The notes beneath the pieces are model-generated. The model was given only the letters and a program-made list of their open reading frames with translations, had not been told where the DNA came from and did no database searches. Positions 1 to 11,673 of a DNA stretch of 64,000 bases are shown here, one piece after another (positions within the stretch are counted from its first letter, which is position 1; every line of letters starts with the position of its first letter). The DNA comes from Sphingorhabdus sp. (GTDB lineage: Bacteria; Pseudomonadota; Alphaproteobacteria; Sphingomonadales; Sphingomonadaceae). The position numbers and the translations under genes were made by a program. Location of the stretch: positions 31,591-95,590 of the forward strand of contig NZ_JBKJMB010000087.1 of the NCBI RefSeq assembly GCF_046596595.1, written 5' to 3'.

Positions 1-2
1 AG

Positions 3-668
3 AGCGTCGCCATTCATCAGCGTCAGAATGCGTTTCACAAGCTCGCTGGACTGGCAAGCCTTGGCCTTTTTCCAATTTTAATTGCTGGTTTTGTGCTGAT
101 CATAAATGTGTCTGCGGCGCGTTTTGCTGGTCAAGAGAGCCCGTTTATCATGGTGCTTGGGCCATCCTTTGGCATCGGCATGATCATTGCCATCGCGGGG
201 TATTTGACACTTTTTTATTCTGCGTTGCGGCACCGAAATAATATACGGTTACATGCGGGCTATATGCTCGCGACACCGTTGATATTGTTTGAGTCTCCTT
301 TCAGCCGGCTTATGGAACAAGCATTTCCATGGATGAATTTTATTGGCAGCGAGGGACCGATCGCGGTCTTGGACACTATTGTGATCAGTGACGGTATCGC
401 GATCCTCTTTGCCATGACGCTGTATTTCAGAGACCGGAAAAATGGTGCGCCATGGCTGGTCGCGTCAGCATTTGTGGCAATCCAGGCGGTCGCGATGTGG
501 TTTGCGCCGTCGATGCCTGTATTGAGCAGCCTGTTTGAGATGTATGCGATGTTGCCTGCCGGGTTAACACTTGCACTTGGAATATCGGCGGGCATCGCGG
601 CGGGCTATTTTGGATGGCAGCACGGGCGTGGCAAAATGAGGTCACCGGCCCGCCCGAGCTCCATTTAA
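3..668 (+). CDS. Multi-TM membrane protein, 5'-truncated by window edge
   Basis: The frame of ORF 93..668 is open back to position 3 (SVAIHQRQNAFHKLAG...). Several hydrophobic helices, with HRNNIRLHAGYMLAT resembling DUF2306-like membrane proteins. Confidence 0.6.
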   Translation, partial: SVAIHQRQNAFHKLAGLASLGLFPILIAGFVLIINVSAARFAGQESPFIMVLGPSFGIGMIIAIAGYLTLFYSALRHRNNIRLHAGYMLATPLILFESPFSRLMEQAFPWMNFIGSEGPIAVLDTIVISDGIAILFAMTLYFRDRKNGAPWLVASAFVAIQAVAMWFAPSMPVLSSLFEMYAMLPAGLTLALGISAGIAAGYFGWQHGRGKMRSPARPSSI

Positions 669-726
669 AGTCGTCCCAAAAAGGCAATTCTGAAAATTAG
701 TGGAGGCATAAAGGGCCGTAAGCCCG

Positions 727-1785
<1,059 letters not shown>

Positions 1786-1978
1786 TTAATCAGTCGAGGA
1801 AAAGTCGGGCTTTCACCAAATACGAAGCCGTGTGTCGGCGAAGCGCGAAGCACTTTGTTAGGATAAAGAAAGGCCCTGTTGTCGGTAGGTACGTGACCGC
1901 AACATGAACAACGCGGCAAATACAACATAAAATGGGACAATTGGCAGAAGACGAAAAATAGCCTTGTGCCGTAAGACT

Positions 1979-2003
1979 GGAACAGCGACCAAGTTCTGTT
2001 GTT
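1979..2003 (+). promoter_or_regulatory. EcfG/sigmaT-type promoter for the antiporter
   Basis: GGAAC(1979-83)-N16-TGTT(2000-03), 70 nt before the ATG at 2073. Confidence 0.55.
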
Positions 2004-2072
2004 CACCCTGCCACATGCCCTCTTGTTTCTCCACATGTTGCCAAGCAACAGATATCATCCTTGTAATAAGCG

Positions 2073-3311
2073 ATGTTTGAATTTTCATCCTATCATATCG
2101 TGCTTTCGGTCGTGGGTTGCGCCATATTGCTGGCTCATTGGCTTCCACGTTGGATTTCAGGGCGCGAACCCGCCGCATCGGCGTTACTAATTGGTGCGGG
2201 CTATTTGTCGTTTACCTTCATTCCCGGGGCTCCAAGTCCTATCAACCCTGTCGACTTCCCGAAGATATGGGAGATGACCAGCGAGATATGCGTTGTCATC
2301 GGGCTATTTGGCGTCGGCATCCGTATCGACCGGGTGCGCATGTGGAAAAACTGGCAAGCTACCGTCCGTTTGCTTGCAATAGCTATGCCGCTGACGATCC
2401 TTGCGCTGGCCCTCGTTGGAATGGCTGCTGCCGGCATGACTTTGGCAACCGGGTTGCTTTTGGGGGCAGTGCTCGCCCCTACTGACCCAGTTCTGGCATC
2501 CGATGTCCAGGTCGGCCCGCCATTAGAGGGCGGAGAGCACCCGGTACGGTTCGCGTTAACAACCGAAGCCGGGCTCAACGACGGTTTGGCATTTCCGTTC
2601 TTGTATCTTGCGATGTCTTTAGTCGCTGCAGGGGACTGGTCAGCCGGACTTTTGGGTGAATGGCTGGCCATCGACGTTGGCTACCGGATCGTAGTTGGCG
2701 TTGGCTGTGGTGTCGTGCTTGGATGGCTGCTGGCCAAGCTTTTGTTCGATTATCCACGCGAAAATGCGTTGTCAAAGACGGAGTCGGGACTGGTAGCCTT
2801 CGCCGGCGTTTTAATCATCTACGGCGCTACTGAGCTGGCTGAAGGCTATGGTTTTATCGCGGTCTTCATTGCGGGGCTAACTTTGCGCAGGTCCGAAACA
2901 AACCACGACTATCACACCAAATTGCATGATTTTGTAGAGGCACTGGAACGGGCTCTCACCGCGCTTCTGCTTGTTGCGCTTGGCGCTGCAATACCTGCGC
3001 TCATTTCTTATGTTACATGGCAAGTATGTGCGATTGCGGCGGCGTTGCTATTTGTAATCAGGCCTGTGGCAGCATGGCTTGCATTATCAGGTACGACATT
3101 AAAGTCACGCGAACGCCATGTTGTCGCCTTTTACGGTATTCGCGGAATTGGCTCGGTTTATTATCTTGCTTATGCTGCCACGCACATCGACTTGCCCGAT
3201 GCACCACAGCTTTGGGCAATTGTGGCGCTCACGATCGTGGCGTCGACGATCATGCATGGCTTTACCGCTGGCTTGGCCATTGACCGCGCAACAAATGACC
3301 CGCGTGCTTAA
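2073..3311 (+). CDS. Cation:proton antiporter (CPA1/NhaP-like)
   Basis: About 12 TM segments; LAPTDPVLASDVQVGPP, ALTTEAGLNDGLAFPF and FYGIRGIGSVYYLAYA motifs. Confidence 0.88.
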   Translation: MFEFSSYHIVLSVVGCAILLAHWLPRWISGREPAASALLIGAGYLSFTFIPGAPSPINPVDFPKIWEMTSEICVVIGLFGVGIRIDRVRMWKNWQATVRLLAIAMPLTILALALVGMAAAGMTLATGLLLGAVLAPTDPVLASDVQVGPPLEGGEHPVRFALTTEAGLNDGLAFPFLYLAMSLVAAGDWSAGLLGEWLAIDVGYRIVVGVGCGVVLGWLLAKLLFDYPRENALSKTESGLVAFAGVLIIYGATELAEGYGFIAVFIAGLTLRRSETNHDYHTKLHDFVEALERALTALLLVALGAAIPALISYVTWQVCAIAAALLFVIRPVAAWLALSGTTLKSRERHVVAFYGIRGIGSVYYLAYAATHIDLPDAPQLWAIVALTIVASTIMHGFTAGLAIDRATNDPRA

Positions 3312-3336
3312 CCCACGCGGACCCAATTATTGGCTG

Positions 3337-4134
3337 TCAGCCGAGCTTGGACTTTATGCGCGAGCTCAAATGTTCAACGGGAACTTGGTGAATGACACGG
3401 TAACGGGCCTCGATCAGGCTGAAAAAACCAAACGCTAACAATCCAGCAGCGACCACCATATCCCATGGGCTTGTCAACCAACTCAATGCCTCGGCCATTC
3501 CGCCCGCCTCGCTTGCTTGTTCGGACAGGCCAGCTGATATGAAAAAGAAACCCGTAATCATGAATACTACCCCGCGGGCAGCATAGCCAAGACGGCCGCT
3601 CCATTTTGCCCATGGCTGGTTTGCGATTTTGGGTTCAAGATGTTCGAGATAACTTGCCTTAACAGCTTTAACCAACTGAAAAGCTCCCACCGCCAGAAGG
3701 ACCAAGCCAACGACGGCTAACATCGTCGCCCCGCCGGGAATGGCGAGCACCGACTGGGCATGCTCTTGCGGACTGGAACTGCCTTCGGCGCCTGAGCCCC
3801 TGGACAATTTGATCGCTTGCCACGCCAACAGTAAATGGATCACTCCGCTCGCCCCAGCGCCCAATCGCTTTCCAAGCCCGCTATGATCGTCGTCATGGCC
3901 CTCAATGTTCAAAATGGCGTCAGTTAGCCGCCAAAGTCCGTAGCCGATTAAGCCAGCCGCCATCAAAAGGAGCACGATGCGTCCACCGCCTTGGCCGAGA
4001 TATTGCAACGCACCTGCTGGATCTTCTGCGCGGCCAGTTGTGATAACGAAGATTGCGATTACGATATAAAGCAGCCCCCTTGTTGCAAAACCCGCTCTGG
4101 TGAGCGTTACGAGGCGTGCTGAAGCGTCCACCAT
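3337..4134 (-). CDS. DUF1206-domain membrane protein
   Basis: Repeated RAGFATRGLLY / RLGYAARGVVF units; six TM helices. Confidence 0.8.
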   Translation of the reverse strand: MVDASARLVTLTRAGFATRGLLYIVIAIFVITTGRAEDPAGALQYLGQGGGRIVLLLMAAGLIGYGLWRLTDAILNIEGHDDDHSGLGKRLGAGASGVIHLLLAWQAIKLSRGSGAEGSSSPQEHAQSVLAIPGGATMLAVVGLVLLAVGAFQLVKAVKASYLEHLEPKIANQPWAKWSGRLGYAARGVVFMITGFFFISAGLSEQASEAGGMAEALSWLTSPWDMVVAAGLLAFGFFSLIEARYRVIHQVPVEHLSSRIKSKLG

Positions 4135-4236
4135 TATTCCTCCGTCGTTGTCGAAAAATGCTTTAAAGTAGACAAATCAGCGCTGAGCGCGGTTTTGTCC
4201 AACTACACAAGGCCCGGTAGGCTCGTGCATTGGTTC

Positions 4237-4261
4237 AACGAGAGAATTGGCATTACGTTCC
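4237..4261 (-). promoter_or_regulatory. EcfG/sigmaT-type promoter for DUF1206 gene
   Basis: The minus strand reads GGAAC-gtaatgccaattctct(16)-CGTT, a perfect consensus, ~100 nt upstream of the start. Confidence 0.7.
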
Positions 4262-4857
4262 TCAAATAGTACCTAATCTGCTCCAGCCGGGTCATGATGG
4301 GGACCGCCCAGTGGCCCATTTTGTTAAAATCTAGGGCACGATGCCGCGATGTTTAGATGCGTAATCTTTAAAATACAAAAATCAGTCAAATGCATCTATT
4401 TGCATGATAATATTAAATCTATGTTTGGAAAATTTCCAAACACTGGTTTTGGTTTTACCAGCGCTATTTTCAATCTGATGCCAGTTCCCGGTCACGCGAC
4501 CGGAGAGGCTGTAAGCGTCTTCATCAATGGCACCAATAGTTTGAACCGCCGCCTGTCGATAAGATGGGCGGCGGCTTTTCTTTGTCAAAATTCTGCCGTT
4601 GCAATTCGTCACCACGTTCGCGATTTTCCGAATTGATCTGCTGTGCCCGCAACATTTCAAGAATACTGACGCATTATTACGCGCTCAACTCACCGCAACA
4701 TCGTCTCCACATAGCCGCATTCTGCAGATGCGTTCATCCACGAGAAAGGATGAAAATACCAGCGCTCACGCTTCCGATTGCTGGATCCGTTCGGGTCCGA
4801 ACCTGCAACGCGTTCCTTGGACTATCAATTCTAGGCAGAATTTGGAGTAAACTTTAC

Positions 4858-5739
4858 ATGACCCGCAAATCGAAAATCTACAGCAGCGCTTGCCTGCTTG
4901 CCCTGCTCACACTTCCGGGCTGGGCTTCCGCATCGGCACAACAACAGGATATTCAAGAAGCCGAAGTTGGCACCACAGTCGTTGGATCCCCCCCCGCAGA
5001 TTTGACCGGCCTAACCGCTGGACCAGATATAGACGGTTTTATTTCGGCGCGCAGCGATAACCGGATCCAAGTGACCACCGCCGACGGAACAAACACCGTT
5101 GTCTTTCTCAGCGACGGAACCGAGATCCGTTCAAGTAATGGTCTTTTTGGCATGAACCGTACCAAGCTCGCCACGGGCTCGCTGCTGAACGGTCTGCCAG
5201 TTACGGCCAAAACTGTTCAATGGGGCGGCGGCCTGGTTGCAAGCCAGATCAAACTTCGCGGTAAGGACCTGAAAACTGCAACGATGATCCGCACGGGCAC
5301 TGTGCAGGGCTTTGCCGAGCAAACAGCGGCGACAGAGGCTTTGCGCAGCCGCGTAGCTGACATCGACCAGTATAATGTCAAAGGGACGACCAATGTATAC
5401 TTTGACACAGGAAAAACCAATTTGTCGCAACAGGCACAAGCTGATCTGTGTTCCGCAGCGACTCAAGCCAATGCCATGGATAACGCGCTTGTGCTTGTTG
5501 TTGGGTACACAGACTCGACCGGCGATTATGACTTCAACCAGGAATTGAGTGAAAAGCGGGCGAGCCGCGTGGTCAACTATCTGCAGCAGGCTTGCGGATG
5601 GAAGCCGTATCGCATGTTGACACCAACGGGCATGGCAGAGGCAGATCCTGCCGCGGATAATACCACCGATGAAGGCAAGGCACAAAACCGCCGTGTCGCA
5701 ATCAACATTCTGGTCAGCAAGGGTCTGGACGGAATGTAA
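4858..5739 (+). CDS. OmpA-family protein (signal peptide, N-terminal OB-like domain, C-terminal OmpA domain)
   Basis: Start reassigned to ATG 4858 (MTRKSKIYSS, signal peptide). VYFDTGK, VVGYTDSTG..FNQELSEKRA and NRRV motifs. Confidence 0.85.
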   Translation: MTRKSKIYSSACLLALLTLPGWASASAQQQDIQEAEVGTTVVGSPPADLTGLTAGPDIDGFISARSDNRIQVTTADGTNTVVFLSDGTEIRSSNGLFGMNRTKLATGSLLNGLPVTAKTVQWGGGLVASQIKLRGKDLKTATMIRTGTVQGFAEQTAATEALRSRVADIDQYNVKGTTNVYFDTGKTNLSQQAQADLCSAATQANAMDNALVLVVGYTDSTGDYDFNQELSEKRASRVVNYLQQACGWKPYRMLTPTGMAEADPAADNTTDEGKAQNRRVAINILVSKGLDGM

Positions 5740-5746
5740 ACCCCGG

Positions 5747-5771
5747 GAAGGTGGGCCTTGCGCCCACCTTC
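5747..5771. terminator. Hairpin between convergent genes
   Basis: Perfect 10-bp stem gaaggtgggc/gcccaccttc with a 5-nt loop. Confidence 0.55.
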
Positions 5772-5784
5772 ACATATCCATCAT

Positions 5785-6522
5785 TCAGCCAACATTTAAA
5801 AAACGTTCCAGAGATTGCATAATCCCGTCTGTAATATCCCCCTGCAACACAAACAAATCGGCGAATTCATGGTCGAAGTTTTTTGACCATTTATGCGCGC
5901 CATCCTCTCCATCGATAAGCTGTGCGGTTATGCGGACGCGTGCGCCGGCCATGCGCACACTACCTTCAACAAGCGCATCGACGCCTAATTTCTCGCAGAT
6001 ATGGCGGGCATCGACATTGTTATGCTTGAATGCAAAACTCGACGTGCGTGACGACACCTTAATATGCGGCGTGCGCGACAGGGAATTAATCAGTTCTTCC
6101 GAAATACCATCACCCAGATAATCCATTGCAGGATTGCCGGTCATGTTCAGGAACGCCAGCACCGCTATCGAGCTATATTGACGGAGTTCTGTGACCGAGT
6201 TGTAATCCGTGAGGCGGCTATCCAGCCTGTAGCCCAACCCACGCACGGTAATTAGTAACCTCGCGTCAGACCCGAGCGCCCTGCGCGCGGATGCCACATG
6301 GACATGCAAGGCATTTTCATCAACGATAAGCCCCGACCAAACAATATTCATCAAATCATATTTGGTGACAATTTGGCCTTTAGCAGCCGCGAGCGTGGAC
6401 AATATCTGCAGTGCCTTGTTGCCGATTGGCACCGGGCGGTGATCATACCGAAGCTGTCGGAACGGCAACAATATATGGTGCCCAAGCATCACTTCAAATT
6501 GTTCCATAGGTCCAGTCCACAA
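5785..6522 (-). CDS. OmpR/CadC-type winged-helix regulator fused to a TolB-like (adenylate-cyclase-associated) domain, no TPR tail
   Basis: GQIVTKYDLMNIVWSGLIVDENALHVHVASARRALG and ITVRGLGYR (wHTH); SIAVLAFLNMTG..DYLGDGISEELINSLSR and EGSVRMAGARVRITAQLID (TolB-like). Confidence 0.8.
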   Translation of the reverse strand: MWTGPMEQFEVMLGHHILLPFRQLRYDHRPVPIGNKALQILSTLAAAKGQIVTKYDLMNIVWSGLIVDENALHVHVASARRALGSDARLLITVRGLGYRLDSRLTDYNSVTELRQYSSIAVLAFLNMTGNPAMDYLGDGISEELINSLSRTPHIKVSSRTSSFAFKHNNVDARHICEKLGVDALVEGSVRMAGARVRITAQLIDGEDGAHKWSKNFDHEFADLFVLQGDITDGIMQSLERFLNVG

Positions 6523-6737
6523 ATATTGTGTGCCGTGTCACGGCGAGTCTGCGACCATTATTCAGAAATTTACCAGACTTTACCGCTGGTGTCATTTCGT
6601 TTCAGAAACTTCAGATAAAATTCAGGTTCATTTAATGGGGACGACAACGTCAATTCCCTGAATAACTGATAGAAAGCCTTCCTATTGAAGATGAAAACAT
6701 GGCCGCGCCCCCCACCACCGTTTTGAAAGGCATAATC

Positions 6738-7139
6738 ATGACTGGAATAACATTTATCGGCTCTGCCGCTGCGAACCGATCACTGAAAATTGGAACCATC
6801 CTGGCACTTGCAGTATCCATAACAGCGCCACTTTTCGCCCAAGACACGGTCGTTGAGGGCAAGGCCAAGCGTAACGATGTCGTTGAGCGCCGGGTCCATT
6901 ATTCGGACCTCGATCTGGCAAGCCGACAAAATCAGGATGTGCTGATTTCGCGAGTCAGGAAGGCAGCCAATCAGGTTTGCAATGTCATCTACAGTGGACA
7001 GTCCCCAATGATGAAATACGAGTCCCGCTGCCCGCAATCGGTCTATCGCGAAGCTAAGCCTCAAATTGATCTGGCGATTGCAAATGCCAACAGCGGAACA
7101 CGCGTCGCGATTGTATTGGCTACACCGCGGAGCCGATGA
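6738..7139 (+). CDS. UrcA-family protein
   Basis: Signal peptide followed by VHYSDLDLASRQNQDVLISRVRKAANQVC and a second Cys; RBS gaaagg precedes ATG 6738. Confidence 0.8.
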   Translation: MTGITFIGSAAANRSLKIGTILALAVSITAPLFAQDTVVEGKAKRNDVVERRVHYSDLDLASRQNQDVLISRVRKAANQVCNVIYSGQSPMMKYESRCPQSVYREAKPQIDLAIANANSGTRVAIVLATPRSR

Positions 7140-7262
7140 TCACCGTTAGCTGCATATATACTTAACATTGCGCCTGCACCGACGACCAATTCAAGGTCGC
7201 GCGTGCAGGCAATTTTCTTGCATTCAGGAATTCACATGACGTCGCCCGCGCGGCGCGAGGCT

Positions 7263-7802
7263 TCATTTCGCAGGAGGAGCAATTTTGTCGGTGCGATCAG
7301 CGGATGACCAGTGGATGTGGACAATCCGCCACCCTGCATCAGTCAAGTTTAAAACCATTGTTTCAACCGATCGGCTGTTGACCGGACGCCCACGAAAGTT
7401 GCCTGTAACAATTTCGACACGCATGACTGAGGCCATGTTCCCTTCTTTGGTAACATGCTGGCTCACAGGCGTGCGTATAGTTGCCGCGCTGAATTCCGCG
7501 TCAGATTTCAGATGATGGGCCGCATATTCAGCGCGGCTGTTTTCGACGCCGCCCGATTCAAAAATCATAACTTCTTGGGCCAACAACCCAAGCGCCGTCT
7601 TGCTGTCATTGCGTTTTAATGCGGCGTGAAAGGCATCGACAACCCCAACCGCGGTGTTTGGGGCTACCGGCACGCTTTGCCCTGTTGTCGCTGGCGCAGT
7701 TGGCGATGTGGCCGAGTCAGGATGCGCGACAGCCGGGAGCAAAGGGGTTGCTACAAGAGCCGCGATTTGTGCAAAACGAAATTTAGCAGTTATGATTTTC
7801 AC
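7263..7802 (-). CDS. Secreted NTF2/SnoaL-like (DUF4440) protein of the type found after copD in cop clusters
   Basis: Signal peptide; VVDAFHAALKRNDS, IFESGGVENSRAEYAAHHL and WRIVHIHWSS motifs. Confidence 0.75.
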   Translation of the reverse strand: MKIITAKFRFAQIAALVATPLLPAVAHPDSATSPTAPATTGQSVPVAPNTAVGVVDAFHAALKRNDSKTALGLLAQEVMIFESGGVENSRAEYAAHHLKSDAEFSAATIRTPVSQHVTKEGNMASVMRVEIVTGNFRGRPVNSRSVETMVLNLTDAGWRIVHIHWSSADRTDKIAPPAK

Positions 7803-7830
7803 GTGACTTATCCTTTATAGGCAATACCAG

Positions 7831-7935
7831 TTATTGGTCGCCCATCGGCGACATCATGCCAATAAAGGCGATCAACCCGATAACCAATATCGCCATTATA
7901 AGCTCAGCGCCAAGGCTTACCCAAAGTTTCGCCAA
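7831..7935 (-). pseudogene. C-terminal remnant resembling copper-resistance CopD
   Basis: Translates LAKLWVSLGAELIMAILVIGLIAFIGMMSPMGDQ*, like the CopD terminal helix (L..SL..E...A..IL.LVA.LG.L.P). The stop lies 28 bp before the NTF2 gene start. Confidence 0.5.
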
Positions 7936-8369
7936 ATTGGTCCTTTGATTACTGGATAATATGTGCTGCCGCCCAATCCACTGATTTTGCAAAAAGCTTC
8001 TGGATTGAACGCGAATCGCTTCGGCAGGGCAAATGTCCAGCGGTTCCGGATACCCCGCTTACAGCTACCCCAGCCGACGCAAAGTCGCTTGCGATTGCAG
8101 AGATTGCCAGCGAAGAACGACCACGGGCTGACGATCGCGATGGTGCACCTTATCGGGTTTCAAAACGCTTGGCCGCCGAGCAGTTGCCCGACAAAAACGG
8201 TCTTAAACTGATCCTTACTGGCCGCCTTGCCTCCGACCAGAAAATCCCGTTCCAATGCACGTCAGTAGATCCCAATCAGCGGCCGTTCTGCGTAATCCTG
8301 GCCAGATTCGACAAGATGCAGATTACAAATGCCGCGGGGTCTGAAATTTATGGGGAATGGGCGGACTGA
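7902..8369 (+). pseudogene. Headless ~155-codon open frame, unknown product
   Basis: The frame of track ORF 8169..8369 is open from a TAA at 7899-7901 with no plausible early start (CAAAQSTDFAKSFWIERESLRQGKCP...GEWAD*). Confidence 0.35.
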
Positions 8370-8394
8370 CAGCTACGAAACTATGTTTCCCGCT

Positions 8395-11076
8395 TCAATT
8401 CACCACTGCCCCAGCCAACGGCAGTTCGATCGTAAAGCACGCCCCGTTGCGGTTTGAACTTGCCCGGATTACACCGCCCAAATCGCTGATGATGCCGTAG
8501 CTAATGGATAGACCAAGGCCAGTTCCTTCTTTCGCCGGCTTGGTCGTGAAAAACGGATCGAATATCTGCCGAAGTACGTCGGGCCGAATTCCTGTCCCAT
8601 TGTCCGTCACCGTGATAATCGCTTGATGGTCGCAACGTTCAAGACCGATTACTATCTTGCCTTTGGAAACCTCAGCCCCTCGCTGCCGCGATCGAATGGC
8701 GTCATTGGCGTTGAGGAGCAAATTTAACAGAACCTGTTCCAGTAGCATTGGCAGGGCGATAACATGAAGCGGACCGCCGTGCTTCTCCACGGACACCTGC
8801 GTGCCATCAAGTTCGAATTGTGGTGCCACCATCGTTACAACGGCGTCGACAGCAGAGTTGACGTCAAATGGATGCGCCGATTCCTTTGGCGTTCTGCCAA
8901 ACACGCGCATTTGAAGAAGGATCGGTGATGCACGCTCAACCTGAGCCAACACATTCTCCAGTTTCGGCATGAATCGGTCGGCATCCATTTGGCCCCGCAA
9001 TGTATTCTCGCGAAGATTTGATGCAGCCATTTTTATGAAGTTAAGCGGTTGGTTCAATTCGTGGGCCGTGCCTGAAATCATACGGCCAAGGCTCGCCATT
9101 TTATCAGCTTGCAAAAGCTGCTCTGCCGCAGTCTTGCGCTGCGATATATCCATAATAACGCCGTTGCCCTCCAACTTCCCCGTGTGGGGATTGGCTTCAA
9201 CACGCATACTGTCCCAGACCCAGACATAATGGCCACTTTTGTGCCGCACCCGATATTCGACATTTACTGCCTTATCGGGCGAAAGGACCCCAAAGGCTTC
9301 ATTACGCAGAAGAATATCGTCTGGGTGGATGACTTGGATCCACCATCCCGGTGTAGCCGTATCAGCGGGCGTGTATCCCATAATTTTTTCCAGGGAATCG
9401 CTGACATACACAAGGTTTCCTTGGCCGTCCGCCATCACATCCAGCGCATAAACGATCACCGGCGCTTGCTGTGCGATATTGTACAACCGCCGCTGCGCGC
9501 TCATCAGAGCGCCGCGCTCCAGCCCCATTCTTGTACCAGCGCGCGCAATTTTGCCTGAAATCTCATTCACTTCTTCAATAACCGCGTCACCAACCGGATC
9601 CCGCGGTGCCCCCGAAGCAGCAATGTCGTAGGCCGACTGTGACAACCGGCGAAACGTAAGCGAAACGCTCCGACTCAGCTTAGACGCTGCCACGGTAATC
9701 AGCAGAACAAAAATGATAAGCGCGAAAAATTGTCGCAGTTGCACTTGGCGTGCTTTAGCCACCGCAGGTGCCAGTGGTGCAACGGTAATTACCTGCCATC
9801 CGGGCAGATCCGCCATCATGTTTGACCGCAGTACCTGCGCCATTCCGACGTTTGCCATGACGGCTTGGCCATAAATGACTTTATTCATAAGCACCGGAGC
9901 ACGCAGAGACGCTATTCGTGTGGCGTTTGGTAATTGTTTAAGTTGCGCAAGCGACGACGCTTGGCCGGGCGACAACGTTAATATCTCCTGCTGCGGGCCT
10001 ACAAGAAACACGCCATGATCTTGGCTCTGCCGTTGCCCGATTATAAGATCTGTCAACACATCTGCCCGCAACTGCGCGACAATGACTCCAGCTTCGCCAT
10101 TGGTGTTGAATGGAACAATTAAACCAAATTGCGATGGCTGGTTCCTACCCTGGGGCGATGCAACAACACGAAGCCTAGGCTGGGCAAGGACAGCGTTTTG
10201 GCTTGGTACCCGATTTACCAGCGGCATGGCATCTCCGGCTCCGGACGATTTGCTGCTTTGTCCCTGGCTGTTAATTCTTATCTCCGCGAACTCGTGTAAC
10301 AGATTATCCATGATCCGACTGTTCGCGCCGGCGGTGCCCTCAATTTGTTGTTCCGCGTACACCCTAAGCACCGCGCTTCGGGACTCGATCCAGCTTTTTA
10401 ACGCAACGTCGCTTACACGCAGCTGATATTCAAGGCCTCTGCCCACATATTGCCGCGCCGCCTTTTCCCGGCTCGGCACATCGAGCGCGAGGTAAGCGGT
10501 AGTAGGTATCAGGATAACCGCCATCAATAATGTAATGACAGCACTTTCCGTCCTCAGCTTTGGCCAATGCCCAAATTTTGAAAGTGGATTTGCGGCGATC
10601 AGCGCCACATAAAATATTTCACCAAGGACAATGTTCAAAATGCCATTGGCCGCATGCTTGAGTATTACCAACACCAGCGACAGCATATCCATTTGGAGAA
10701 ATGCACCGCATGTGACGAAAAGCAAAGGTGCGCCAAGTACAAGCCAGAAAATCACGTCACTGCGCACGGGAGAACTTCTCCGGGCATAAAACGCTACGAA
10801 AATGGCTTCGCAAATCCACACCAGCCACGCCCATGGATGGTTCCACAGAAAGATTGTCCAAAGGCTCGAGACCGAAATTGCGACGACCAAAGTTTGTGGA
10901 GCGACAACACGAACAAAGGCATAAATAAGGGCATTTCCAAAAAGAAAATGCACGCCCCATCCAAGGGGTAGTTCAAGTATATTGAATGCAAACCCAAGTA
11001 GTCCGAGAGATATTGCTACAACCGCATCTTGAAGCCGAGTCTTCGGCAGCAATGATGCGGTTGACCGCAAACTCAA
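8395..11076 (-). CDS. Membrane sensor histidine kinase (multi-TM N-terminus, extracytoplasmic domain, PAS, HisKA, HATPase)
   Basis: [11 protein letters not shown]-box, [25 protein letters not shown] and GTGLGL; PAS motif [10 protein letters not shown]...[13 protein letters not shown]. Confidence 0.9.
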   Translation of the reverse strand: MSLRSTASLLPKTRLQDAVVAISLGLLGFAFNILELPLGWGVHFLFGNALIYAFVRVVAPQTLVVAISVSSLWTIFLWNHPWAWLVWICEAIFVAFYARRSSPVRSDVIFWLVLGAPLLFVTCGAFLQMDMLSLVLVILKHAANGILNIVLGEIFYVALIAANPLSKFGHWPKLRTESAVITLLMAVILIPTTAYLALDVPSREKAARQYVGRGLEYQLRVSDVALKSWIESRSAVLRVYAEQQIEGTAGANSRIMDNLLHEFAEIRINSQGQSSKSSGAGDAMPLVNRVPSQNAVLAQPRLRVVASPQGRNQPSQFGLIVPFNTNGEAGVIVAQLRADVLTDLIIGQRQSQDHGVFLVGPQQEILTLSPGQASSLAQLKQLPNATRIASLRAPVLMNKVIYGQAVMANVGMAQVLRSNMMADLPGWQVITVAPLAPAVAKARQVQLRQFFALIIFVLLITVAASKLSRSVSLTFRRLSQSAYDIAASGAPRDPVGDAVIEEVNEISGKIARAGTRMGLERGALMSAQRRLYNIAQQAPVIVYALDVMADGQGNLVYVSDSLEKIMGYTPADTATPGWWIQVIHPDDILLRNEAFGVLSPDKAVNVEYRVRHKSGHYVWVWDSMRVEANPHTGKLEGNGVIMDISQRKTAAEQLLQADKMASLGRMISGTAHELNQPLNFIKMAASNLRENTLRGQMDADRFMPKLENVLAQVERASPILLQMRVFGRTPKESAHPFDVNSAVDAVVTMVAPQFELDGTQVSVEKHGGPLHVIALPMLLEQVLLNLLLNANDAIRSRQRGAEVSKGKIVIGLERCDHQAIITVTDNGTGIRPDVLRQIFDPFFTTKPAKEGTGLGLSISYGIISDLGGVIRASSNRNGACFTIELPLAGAVVN

Positions 11077-11474
11077 GGTCTGGACATCGCCGCGTGGACC
11101 GCTGCAACCAGTGCATTAGTGTTGGCCGGTTTCAGAAACACGGGCACATCGGGGACGAAATCAAACTGCGACGCGCTGGCATCGCCCGTCAATATGATGA
11201 ATTCAACCCGTCGTTCAGGCGGAAGCGCCGCACGCACGTCATGGATCATGCGCGCACCATTAAGCTTTGCCATGCGTAAATCAGTGATGACTACGCCAAT
11301 ATCCGGTGTGTTGAGAACAAGGTTGAGCGCTTCAACAGGGTCAGCGCTCGTTTCTGTTGGAAAACCCGCAAATTCGAAAAATTCTTGATACTCGGGCAAA
11401 ATATCGCACTCGTCATCGACAACAAGAATTTTGCACTTAACCCGATGGACGACAGCCCTATTTGCCTGAGTCAC
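11073..11474 (-). CDS. Single-domain response regulator
   Basis: ILVVDDE, VITDLRM, ILTG and LKP receiver motifs; 4-bp overlap with the kinase start. Confidence 0.88.
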   Translation of the reverse strand: MTQANRAVVHRVKCKILVVDDECDILPEYQEFFEFAGFPTETSADPVEALNLVLNTPDIGVVITDLRMAKLNGARMIHDVRAALPPERRVEFIILTGDASASQFDFVPDVPVFLKPANTNALVAAVHAAMSRP

Positions 11475-11673
11475 GCACCATATCCCCCCGGATTTATAAC
11501 TTTAATTATATGAGGTGTTACGGCATTTTACACTACAGGGTTTTCGGAAGTTTTATAAATAGTTCCCCAAGCAATGATACCTACCGCGTTTCATTGTTCA
11601 TCGCAGGATAAGGGCAAAAAAAGTGCCCCGCGACAAGCCGCGAGGCACCCATTTAATCTAGATAAGCTTGGCC

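Noticed and set aside
4349-4660. Overlapping AT-rich ORFs 4349..4636 (+) and 4382..4660 (-)
   Set aside because: No recognisable motif or RBS in any frame I translated. Left unannotated, though a decayed gene is possible.
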